Made by a program: the position numbers and the translations under genes. The notes beneath the pieces are model-generated. The model was not told the origin of the DNA, searched no databases, and saw only the letters and a program-made list of their open reading frames with translations. A DNA stretch of 63,660 nucleotides, the filler included, from Craspedostauros australis (taxonomy: Eukaryota): NCBI GenBank assembly GCA_030167865.1. It is 6 parts of 6 records of this genome, joined end to end, with 100 filler letters (N's around TTAATTAATTAA, not from the genome) between each part and the next. Parts side by side here need not be neighbours in the genome. Positions count along the whole stretch, not along the records: positions 51,488 to 55,282 come from JALAGF010004609.1; positions 55,383 to 59,812 come from JALAGF010004611.1; positions 59,913 to 62,098 come from JALAGF010004613.1; positions 62,199 to 63,660 come from JALAGF010004621.1; 2 more parts are not named here. One strand, written 5' to 3'. Positions 53,013 through 63,660 of the stretch are shown piece after piece (the stretch's first letter is position 1; each line of letters opens with the position of its first letter).

Positions 53013-55282
53013 CATGAGGTGGGAGGGCGACGCCATGCAACGGCGATCAGCCAGTCCCTTCCATCCGAGACACCGAGAGCCGAATTGGACTCACACGCTG
53101 ACACTTGTGCTTTTGGTCCTACTGCATATATTGTACATCGAACTACACAGACCGTCACAACATCGCCATTCTTGGACACATTGGGGGACGTCACCAACGT
53201 ACCAATTGTCACAGCAGCGATTGCGTATGACGATCCTGTTTCATACACCACTTACATCCTCTTCTTTCCTCAATCACTATATTTTGAAACCCTTCCTCAT
53301 CCGCTATTGTGTCCACACCAAATGCGCATGGCGGGTATCATCGTCAATGAGACACCATTGGTCATGCTTCCAGAGGAGAATCGTCATTCATACTCACATT
53401 CTATTCTTTCTTCATATCATGATTTGCATATCCCTCTTCAGCTGAACGGAACGGTATCCTATTTTCATATTCGACAACCGACGCGCGACGAAGTACAGTC
53501 CGACAAAGATTGCGTCCATGTATACATGACATCAGATGCATATTGGGATCCATCACAGCTGTCGACAGGGGACGACGAAGCAGCAATACGTGCGAAGCTT
53601 CAGGCAGATCAGCAAATGCATATTCAATCACCGATCATATACGAGCATGACAATCGAACAATACATCACACGCGTACCTCAAATCGAAAGGGGACGATAA
53701 CGCCAGAGCAGCTGGCAGCGAGATGGCGCATCGGAATCGAAGCAGCACGACGAACACTTGATGTGACAACGCAACTTGCAGTCCGTGACTTCACAACAAC
53801 GACAGGAACACGTCGACTGAATCCTTATGCGATGCAGCTCCGATACCGACGCCTCAACACACAAATGTACACCGACACGATGTTCGCGAAGACGAAGTCC
53901 ATACGTGGGAACATCTGTGCAATGATTTATTGTACACCATTTCATTGGGTCAGAGTGTACCCAATGGCGGCAAGACGAGAAGCCGCGCAGACACTCGATG
54001 AGCTATTCAGAGACTACGGCATCCCACACACAATGATACCAGACAATGCACGAGAGCTAGTTGAGGGCAACTTCAAAAGCAAACTTCTCAAGGCTCAAGT
54101 CTCAATCCGTCCCGTAGAGGCGTATATTCACAATCAGAACAAAGCGGAGGCAACGATCAGAGAACTTTGACGTCAATATCGGCGACTCATGACATCAACG
54201 AACACACCTGCATGCTTGTGGGATTATTGTTTTGAGTACTGTGCAGAGATTCGAAGCAACACAGCACTTCAGATATATGATCTACATGGCCAGACACCAA
54301 CTACAATCCTGACTGGCGACACCACCGACATCTCACACATTTCAGAATTCGGGTGGTTCGACTTTGTGTGGTACATGAATCTCCAAGGAGCAAACATGAA
54401 CACAAAACATCTTGGTCGCTACCTCGGTCCATCAAAGGCCGTGGGTGAAGCGATGTGCTCATACATACTCACATCTTCTGGCGCTGTTGTTTCTAAATCC
54501 TCTGTCATTCCTTTATCCGATGTCGACCTCAACAGTGAAGTAATGAAGCAACAACAATCAGACTTCATGTCCAATCTACAAACTAAATGGAAAGATCGAA
54601 TGGCAGGCATCAAGCCAGGGGACGACGGAGACGACGTCGATGACACAGCCGAAGACATTGCATTCCTGGAGCAGACCACATCGTTGGAACCTTTGATAGA
54701 GCCAGCTGACGCCGACGAAGACGCATACGATCGATACCTGTCCGCTCGAGTCAAGCTACCTGCGGGTGATGACATCCAATATGGTACTGTGAAGCGCCGA
54801 AAGCGCGATGCGAGCGGGAAGCTGATTGGTCACTCACATTCAAATCCACTTCTTGACACGTCCATGTATGAGGTTGAATTTGTCGACGGGCACAGTGAAG
54901 TGTTCAATGCGAATCAGATCGCGGAAAATATCTACGCGCGAACAGATGACGACGGATACACAACACTCTTGATGGAGGACATCATCGACCATAAGCGACT
55001 CCCAACCGCAGCAACTGCTGATGACAAGACGACCACGAAGACGACGAAGGGATGGAAGCTGTGTGTATTATGGAAAGACGGATCTACATCATGGATTCAC
55101 TTACGCGATGCCAAGGAGGCTGATCCTGTGAAGACAGCCGAATACGCAACTAACAACCAGCTCACCAACGAACCTGCGTTTCGATGGTGGGTTCCATACA
55201 CGATGAAGCGGCGCAACCGCATACTGATGGCCAACCGCAAACGATACTTCCGACGCAACGAGAAATATGGTCTCGAACTACC
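53013..55282 (+). pseudogene. pol: Pol (protease, integrase, chromo-like domain), in frame with gag, with an internal TGA at 54168-54170
   Basis: ORFs 53019..54170 and 54189..55334 share a frame. IREL*RQYRR interrupts the helix after the integrase catalytic Glu. Confidence 0.8.
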
Positions 55283-55383
55283 NNNNNNNNNNNNNNNNNN
55301 NNNNNNNNNNNNNNNNNNNNNNNNNNTTAATTAATTAANNNNNNNNNNNNNNNNNNNNNNNNNNNNNNNNNNNNNNNNNNNNG

Positions 55384-58300
55384 AAAGGAAAAGGCAAGCA
55401 GGCCATCCAGTACATCAACCAATGCATCTCCGACGACTACCCCGAAGGAGACGCACACGCAGCGTGCAACGTTCTCGCGGAGAAGTTTCGACCATCCGAC
55501 GCGGCGACGAAGATCAAACTCAAGCGCCAATTCAACAACGAAAAGATGAAGAGAGACACAGACCCCGACATCTACATCACACGACTCGAGGGTCTACGAT
55601 CGTGTCTCCACGATGTCAAGTATGAGATCATGGACGAGGAGATGATCATGCAAATCCTCAGCACGGTAAGCAACGAGTACAGAACTCACATCGTGAACTT
55701 CCAACACCAACTCACGTTTAATCCGGAACTGGTCACCATCAACACGATCAGAGGAGTACTTCGCACAGCATACGCCACTCATCAAGGAGGCAAGGCGTAC
55801 ATCGACGACTTCCAAGACAGTAACACGAAGAGCAACGACACTGGCTTCACAAGCACCGGTAACTTCAAGGGTACTTGTCACAACTGTGGCGTGTATGGNN
55901 NNNNNNNNNNNNNNNNNNNNNNNNNNNNNNNNNNNNNNNNNNNNNNNNNNNNNNNNNNNNNNNNNNNNATGAACGGAAAGCGCAACAAGGGAAGCGGCTT
56001 CAAGGGCAAGTGCAACTACTGCGGCATCTTCGGACATCGCGAGGCGGAGTGCCGAAAGAAGAAGTTTAACGAGAGCAAGAAGAACAACGAACAAGCCAAC
56101 GCGGCTACGGAAGGACACGACAAGAGCGGGCACGAGATGGTACTCTCGGCGAAGGACATGCCGCTCTGCATGTTGGTGTCCGACGACTACATCGAAGACT
56201 CCTTCTTTGACAACTTCGAGTGCGTCGGAAGTGACGACGAAGTGCAGGACGATGAGATCGTCCCGGAGTGGCTCAGCGAGGAGCCAATCATCCACGAGGT
56301 GGATCCAAGACGTGAAGTGAGCTACGAATGCTGCTTCAACGCGCACGACCTGATCGGTTCATACGGCGACGAAGCTGAGATGGACGACAAGGCCAACGAT
56401 AGCGACATCGAAGAGGCCATGAGCGACGACGAAGACGACACCAACGAGGACGGCGCAAATGAAGGCGACGAGGCGAACTACGACGAGATGCCTCCTCCTC
56501 AAGTTGGGAGATACGAGAGAACGGGAACCTTCATTAATCGAGGCCAAGACGAAACGAACAGCGGCACGGCGCCGCCTCCCCCAGCAGCAGGGAACAACAG
56601 ATCGGGCATCTTCGACGAAGATGACAGCGATGAATCCGAAGACGGCAATCATCCAGACGACAGCTTCAATCCAAACGAGCGCGTCATCTATCCAGCGAAT
56701 ATCGACTTCCCGGATATTGAGGATCCCATCAGTGTCGACTACCTCCTCCGTCACAGCATCACCCCAAACGCAACAGCAACAGCATTGATAATCCAAAAGC
56801 AGCTCATCTTTGACACAGTAATGGAAGCGGGGATGCGACTATTCTCAGGGACCGCACGAGGAGTACTCAGACCGATATGGGTGAACATGATGGGATCCAT
56901 CCTATCCGAGCACTTCAAATCAATTGAAGAGATCCTTACCAATTCGGTCGTCATCAACCGCATACTGGAAGCGAACAACACAGAGACGATCCCAGAGACG
57001 GATCTGCACTACATCCTTGGAGGATGCATGCGTGTGCTCCTGCGCGAGCGATCACGCGTCCACCCATACAATCCAGTCACAGGATCACATCGAAGCAACA
57101 CGATTCCATCGGACTACGCACAGCTACCCGATGAGATAGACGACGAACATCACGAGAACCCATGGAACGAATATGGAGTTCACGTCGACGAAGAGGACGA
57201 AGACAACATCATGACCGATACAGCTGCAGCAGCTGTGGAGCAGCTCCATGATCTGAGCACTCGATACAAAGACAAGGTCAACAAGGACACCTGGCTCGCT
57301 GACAGTGGAGCTTCGTGTCACATCGTCAACTCAGATGCCGCTCTCTTCAACGTGCGGCACATCAAGTCCTTCGTCCAAGTGGGAGACAGTATGAAGCTGG
57401 ACTCTCCCAAAATGGGATCCATTCGCTTGAAGGTCAAGCAACGAAATAACACTGGCCACATCATCCGGCTCAATGATGTGAAGTACACACCAAAAATGGC
57501 GGTGAACCTTTTCTCCACGAACAAGGCTCTGTACAACGGTTACCAGCTCGGTAACAACGGCATTCTGATGGACATCATCAACGGATGTGGAACGAAGATC
57601 GTATTCGATCGAGTCTTCCCCACATCCAACGGATTCATCACGGGAGTGCAGATGCATCCCATCATGCCAACGAACGACGACAAGGCTTGCACAGCCATCG
57701 TCAAGAACTCATCCAAGGAGATCAGCGCGGTGAACTTGCATCGAATGCTCGGCCACGCGCCACTCGAAACCATGAAGTGGACAGCCGCCCAATACGGATG
57801 GAAGATTATCGGCGAGATGCCAGTATGTCGCGACTGCGCGGTCGCGAATGCGAGAGTAAAGAATATCCCGAAGGCAACCATTCCAAGAGCGACTCGCCGC
57901 GGGGAACGGCTCTTCATTGACATTAGTTACACTAAACACATAAGCTTTGGAGATAAACGCTACTGGACCCTGATCGTGGACGACTGCACGGATCACTGCT
58001 GGAGTTTCTTTCTCAAGAACAAAAGTGATCAACCAGGATACATCAAACGATTCATCCAAACAATCAAGTCACAGACTGGTGACCAACAGATCATCTTCCG
58101 AGGTGACAACAGCGGAGAGAACAAATCCACGCAGGANNNNNNNNNNNNNNNNNNNNNNNNNNNNNNNNNNNNNNNCACGGCATCGAACACGCCGCAACAG
58201 AACGGCAGAGTAGAACGCAAGTTCGCGTACCTCTACACCAAGATCCGCTCCATGCTCAACAGAGCACAACTCGACGAAGAGTATAGGCATGGCCTGTGGG

Positions 58301-59319
58301 CAGCAGCTGCTAGCACTGCCACCGCCATCGCAAACATCACCGTAGCGAAGAACCAGAAGGAATCACCATACCGCCAATTCTTTGGAAGCGATCCACCATA
58401 CGCGGATGCACTCCGCACTTTCGGAGAGGTGGGCGTCGTGAAGACTACCTATGGCGGGATCACCGCCAAGCTCAAGAATAGAGGAGAAGAGATGGTGTTC
58501 ATCGGATATGCACACCAACACGCATCAGGGGTCTACAACATGTACAGACCATCGACCAAGTCACTCATCTGCTCACGCGACATCAAGTGGCTCAACCAAT
58601 CATACGGACAGTTCTGTGGCTGGGCACCAGCACCAAACACATCCAACGAAAGAGGAACAACGGACGCAGACGGCTTCACAACCATCGGACGGAAGGGAGC
58701 AATGCCAAGGACGGCAACGCGTCAAGCATCGAAAGCAAAGAGAGTATCTTTTGCTGACAGCAGCATGTACTATATCCTATCAGACAGCGACGATGAGGAT
58801 AATGAGGACAATGGAGTAGTAACTCAATCAATCCATGACGACGAGGAAGATCGGAGCGAATCCAATCATGAGGATGACGAGATCACACCATCCGGCGACG
58901 AAGCCGATGATGACACAGGTGTCACCCCTCCGAACACACCAGCGAGGTCTACACATGGTACACCATCCAGACCTCCACCGAGCAAGCCAAGCAAGCGTGA
59001 CATAGCTAGAAAGGAGAGGATCCGACGTCACGAAGCACGAGGCAGGAAGGGAGAAGCTAATCCCAAATCAACTACAGGAAAGAGTATTCCCAGAGCTCTA
59101 CGTGAGCTCGCGGACTTCAACGAACGAGGTCGAAAGGAAGAAGGTTATGAGAGCGATCCATCATCCGATGAGGCGAGTGACGAACTCAGCGACGAGATGA
59201 TCGACGCTTCCAACAACGAAACTACAGATGATGAAGAAATCATTGAAGGAGAGATCGAGATCACTCACTATAGCACAACAGGACTATACGGGATGAACGC
59301 AATAGTTGAGATTCAATGA
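55384..59319 (+). mobile_element. Ty1/copia gag-pol fragment of a second, canonical-type lineage: gag, two zinc knuckles, long insert, protease, integrase; ends before RT
   Basis: Frame is open from 55384 (YPEGDAHAA..VLAEKF). CHNCG and CNYCGIFGHREAEC knuckles, WLADSGASCH, LHRMLGH...CRDC, LFIDIS...RGDNSGE...PQQNGRVERKF, KLKNRG..VFIGY. Confidence 0.9.
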
Positions 59320-60291
59320 GGGACAGACTATTACCGAACACGGTATCAACCCGATGGGAGAAATTCTTGTTTTGGCGCGAAATCTTCCGACTTAATCGAC
59401 CACCAAATCTTTTCTCCTCCTTTCTCTCCTCCATTCACGAATCCATCATGACCCAAACCTGACCGACCTGACTCACACCCCACCTGGGAACTATATGCTC
59501 TTCAGATCCTCCTTACTACAACATACCTCGATTCCTTCATGCTGATGATCACCACACTACTACCGTGGTCTCAACATGAGTATCCAATTTGCTTCAACTC
59601 AAGCAATGGAATCCGAGGGTCAGCTTCAGCCACAGCCACTGCTTTATGACCGTCACCACTGATCGTCATGACCTACACTGCAGTGTAACTACATGTGCGG
59701 AGAGCAAAGTACTGTATTGATTGTCTAATCTGTTGCACTGAATCAAGTGCATCAGTGCAGGGTCTCGCCAAGTTGTGTGGCATCGTTTCTTCACCCTACT
59801 AACACCAATAAGNNNNNNNNNNNNNNNNNNNNNNNNNNNNNNNNNNNNNNNNNNNNTTAATTAATTAANNNNNNNNNNNNNNNNNNNNNNNNNNNNNNNN
59901 NNNNNNNNNNNNCTTTACTCCGACACATGATTTTCGGCATAAGAGGGACACACTAGGGAGAACATCAGAGATTCGGTCTGGCCATCGCCCGGAAAACATG
60001 TGATGCCCAATTCGACCTGATATACTTCCCAACTAAACCTGAAATGACAACACACTCGATGACCTCAAGCATCATCATGGAATGTGGAATCGACAGAGCC
60101 ATGGAACGGTGATGAGTGACGTCGACACAGAAGACATCATCGCCACATCATGGGTCATCTCCACATCANNNNNNNNNNNNNNNNNNNNNNNNNNNNNNNN
60201 NNNNNNNNNNNNNNNNNNNNNNNNNNNNNNNNNNNNNNNNNNNNNNNNNNNNNNNNNNNNNNNNNNNNNNNNNNNNNNNNNNNNNNNNNNN

Positions 60292-62098
60292 ACCAGCTTG
60301 TCACCCTCGTCCTGAAAGACTTGATCTCTCTTGAAGGACTCGTGTGATTTCGCTGTGTACGATAACGAGATAACAAGACGGTTGCGATGGATACGCTCTT
60401 CTCCGATACCCCTGCTCACGACGACGGGGTTCCCGACCATGGCGGCTGCACCATGCTTCAGGTGTACGTCGCCCTCGACTCTCGGTTCACGGCCGGCTTT
60501 CCCATGCCATCCGAGAGCCGCATCTCCNNNNNNNNNNNNNNNNNNNNNNNNNNNNNNNNNNNNNNNNNNNNNNNNNNNNNNNNNNNNNNNNNNNNNCAGA
60601 TCGGTAACAAGGTTATGGAGATCCTCCGGCAGTATCACATCCGTGATCACCAGAGTGAGCCGGAACATCAACACCAGAACGGCGCAGAGCGCCGGATCCA
60701 GGATATCAAACGCACAACCGACGGTGTGATGGATCGCACGGGGACCCCCGACCAATTCTGGCTGATATGCACGCTCTATGTGATTGATCTCTTCAATCAC
60801 ATCGCGCAGGTCACCGCCGGTTCCATCACCCCCCTCCAAGCCGCCTTCGGTCAACAACCGGACATCTCCAAGTTCCTGTCCTACCGATGGTGGCAGCCTG
60901 TCTACTACCGGGTTGACAACCCCACCTTCCCCAGCCAGTCCAAGGAGCGCAGTGGNNNNNNNNNNNNNNNNNNNNNNNNNNNNNNNNNNNNNNNNNNNNN
61001 NNNNNNNNNNNNNNNNNNNNNNNNNNNNNNNNNNNNNNNNNNNNNNNNNNNNNNNNNNNNNNNNNNNNNNNNNNNNNNNNNNNNNNNNGACTTCCCCTTC
61101 CCCATTGTTGGGGAGGACGATGGCTCTGATGCCATGAATGTGGCGAATGGGGAGCCAGACGACGACATCTCCGTAACTCCTGACTCCGATCCCATCGTAC
61201 ACTCCCTCGCCGATTCCATCCTGGCTGACCGCCGCGGCACAGACCCTGAAACAGTGGGGAATGCCAAGGTCCACATCCNNNNNNNNNNNNNNNNNNNNNN
61301 NNNNNNNNNNNNNNNNNNNNNNNNNNNNNNNNNNNNNNNNNNNNNNNNNNNNNNNNNNNNNNNNNNNNNNNNNNNNNNNNNNNNNNNNNNNNNNNNNNNN
61401 NNNNNNNNNNNNNNNNNNNNNGATGGGGAGACGCATGACCTCATCTCCTACGTTGAGCTCGCCGACATCATCGAACGGCAACAGGAGCACAACGACGACC
61501 CCGATGCCAAGTGGGAGTTCGACTCCATCATCGGACACGAGGGTCCTCTTCCATCTTCCTCTCCCTCCTACAAGGGATCCAGCTTCAACGTCATCGTCAA
61601 ATGGGGAGACGGCTCCACCTCCACCGAACCACTCTCCATCATGATTCAGGATGATCCTGTCTCCTGCGCTGCCTACGGCCGCCGCCACGAGCTGCTCGAC
61701 GAGCCTGGCTGGAAGCGCCTCAAGCGCCTCGCCATCCGCACNNNNNNNNNNNNNNNNNNNNNNNNNNNNNNNNNNNNNNNNNNNNNNNNNNNNNNNNNNN
61801 NNNNNNNNNNNNNNNNNNNNNNNNNNCACAAAGAAGCGCTGCGACTCGACGATAAGAACGGCAACACTCTCTGGGCCGATGCCGAGAAGAAGGAGATGGA
61901 CCAACTCTTCGGGTATCACACCTTCAAGTCTCTCGGCAAAGGCGCCCCTGTCCCTTCCGGCTTCCAGAAGATCCGCCTCCAATGGGTCTATGCTGTGAAG
62001 CATGACCTCCGTCACAAGGCGCGCTGCGTTGCTGGTGGTCACCTCACCGACCCCTGCAAGGATGCATCCTACGCAGGTGTGGTCAGTCTTCGCTCTCT
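60292..62098 (+). mobile_element. Third copia (CoDi-type) pol fragment: integrase, chromo-like domain, start of RT; gapped and partly degenerate
   Basis: VAMDTLFSDTPA, SEPEHQHQNGAERRIQDIK, WEFDSIIGH...VKWGDGS..EPL and WVYAVKHDLRHKARCVAGGHLT. In-frame TAA just upstream of 60387. Confidence 0.88.
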
Positions 62099-62199
62099 NN
62101 NNNNNNNNNNNNNNNNNNNNNNNNNNNNNNNNNNNNNNNNNNTTAATTAATTAANNNNNNNNNNNNNNNNNNNNNNNNNNNNNNNNNNNNNNNNNNNNC

Positions 62200-63660
62200 A
62201 AGCATCAGAAGAAGCAGCCCCAAATGTCAAGCCCAAGACGACGATACTACGAAAGATTCGAAATGCGGCTCAAAATCCCCAAAGGCACGAAAACGCCAGT
62301 TCGGGATTTCCAAGAGCGCTTTCGCCAGTGGTACGACGAAGCCAAAGGCATGGATCAAAGTCTCGTCATAAGCCCATGGTACAAGAAGAACAAGGCAAAG
62401 GGATGCATCATCACTGAGGCCGACATACCAGCCATGTGGAAAGATCTCAGATACTACATTGGCAGGGCCAACCCGACATCGAAGAGCGAAGACGTATACC
62501 TACAGATCCTGATGTCCTCAAACATCGAAATGCAGGTGTTCACGAGCTGGAACACGGAGCTTGAAGGAGCATACCATGAAGGAGAGTACGCGTACATCCA
62601 GGATTTGAAGGACGCCGAACACACAACAGAGATAGGCTTCATGGCATANNNNNNNNNNNNNNNNNNNNNNAAACAAACGCTTGGGATCATCAACCAGTTG
62701 CTGGAGGAGAAGAGAGCCAAGCTCAAAGTGGGCGGCAGGGTGAAATTCATGGGGAAGGTATCGGAAGAAGTGAAAACGAAGCACCTGCAAGACGGTGGAA
62801 GTTGGTACAACTCTCCGTGGATGGCGCTCCATCTGCACGCAGACGTCAAGGACGCGCGCAGGGCGTCGAAACTCCTCGGAAAAATCTTCAACACCAAAGA
62901 TGGCGATCGCAAAGGACTCAACTACAGATACGTGCCCAAACCTGGCACATCAGTCATGGGAGCGAAGACGGCGATGAAGGTGCAAGCCATGATTCGGAAA
63001 CACCAGAACTACGTGCGTAGGCTGAAATACGAGCAACTCAAAGGAGATTTTGCGTTGGATACCAAGGATCCGGAAACGGGCACCATCACTCTGCGAGAAT
63101 TCCTGTCACAACAAACCAGCGACGGCAATCCGCTCATCCACGATGTCAGCACTACTCACATGGCGGACGGCAAGGAAGACGCGATTCACATCGTGGCCTT
63201 CAAGGAGCGATTCGCACAGGCGGTAGGTCTGATTCACACAATTGGCATCAGATGTTCGACGGAAATCAACGAGTCAACGAACAAATGGTTCTCGGAAGAC
63301 ATCGTAGCGATGAGCAGCACCATGAAGAAGGACGCCAGTGGAGACTATGTGGACGTGGAGACGGAAGAAGAAATGGACTTCTTATTGGACGAGGGGTTTG
63401 GAAATGTCGTCATCGAGGGTCTCAACCTCATGGAGAGCGACAACGCATCCCCCAAACGAAAGAAAGCCAGATTGGAGGACGAGAGTTTCAAAACCTTTGG
63501 AACAGAGTACGGCAAATCAGCAGCTTCATCACGATACACCATTCCGGAATCCCAAACAGAAGCAGATGACATCGAAGCAGAGATCGAAGAGGCCATGAAA
63601 ATGGCGAGGGAAGCCCAAGAGCTGGCGGCCAGTCGAGTTCGAGTGCAAGAACAATCGAAC
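62200..63660 (+). mobile_element. Partial ORF resembling ORF1 of diatom non-LTR retrotransposons (Ambal-like); open at both ends, absent from the ORF track
   Basis: Manual translation from 62200 is stop-free to the window end: ...DQSLVISPWY...IPAMWKDLRYY...IGFMA...ALHLH...YRYVP...HQNYV...LDT...TLREFL...KWFSE. The Ambal assignment rests on recalled motif spacing only. Confidence 0.55.

Larger units (their letters stand above)
51488..55282 (+). mobile_element. Ty1/copia LTR retrotransposon, diatom CoDi-type (internal part, LTRs and RT not in contig)
   Basis: gag, protease AELDSHADTC, integrase MYTDTMF...PDNAREL...NQNKAE, in copia domain order. Confidence 0.9.

Overview
Eukaryotic, intron-poor, GC-rich DNA, most likely from a diatom (inferred from CoDi-type copia elements, an Ambal-like LINE ORF1 and an RXL-site secreted protein). 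The window is not contiguous. Five artificial N-TTAATTAATTAA-N linkers join six pieces: about 1-19643, 19744-51387, 51488-55282, 55383-59812, 59913-62098 and 62199-63660. Piece 1 holds an Rpr2/Rpp21/Snm1-family RNase P/MRP subunit, a one-intron protein with a possible divergent SAM-methyltransferase fold, gamma-secretase APH-1, a coiled-coil/PDZ-like protein, a tandem SUMO-like-domain protein with two in-frame stop-free introns, a secreted two-module Cys-solenoid mucin-like protein, and a truncated DNA transposon. Piece 2 holds a protein with four ~80-aa repeats, three very large disordered proteins, a diverged tandem pair of BesD/HalD-like Fe(II)/2OG dioxygenases, a small WH2-like two-repeat protein, and a second copy of the transposon end. 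Pieces 3-6 are retroelement fragments: three Ty1/copia elements (two with chromo-like domains) and one non-LTR ORF1. The best leads are (i) the putative actin-binding short-motif proteins in piece 2, (ii) the diverging dioxygenase pair, (iii) chromo-like domains and a possible read-through gag-pol junction in the copia elements, (iv) the MTase-like DYYW domain and (v) the secreted Cys solenoid. All family assignments come from motif recognition by eye; no searches were run.
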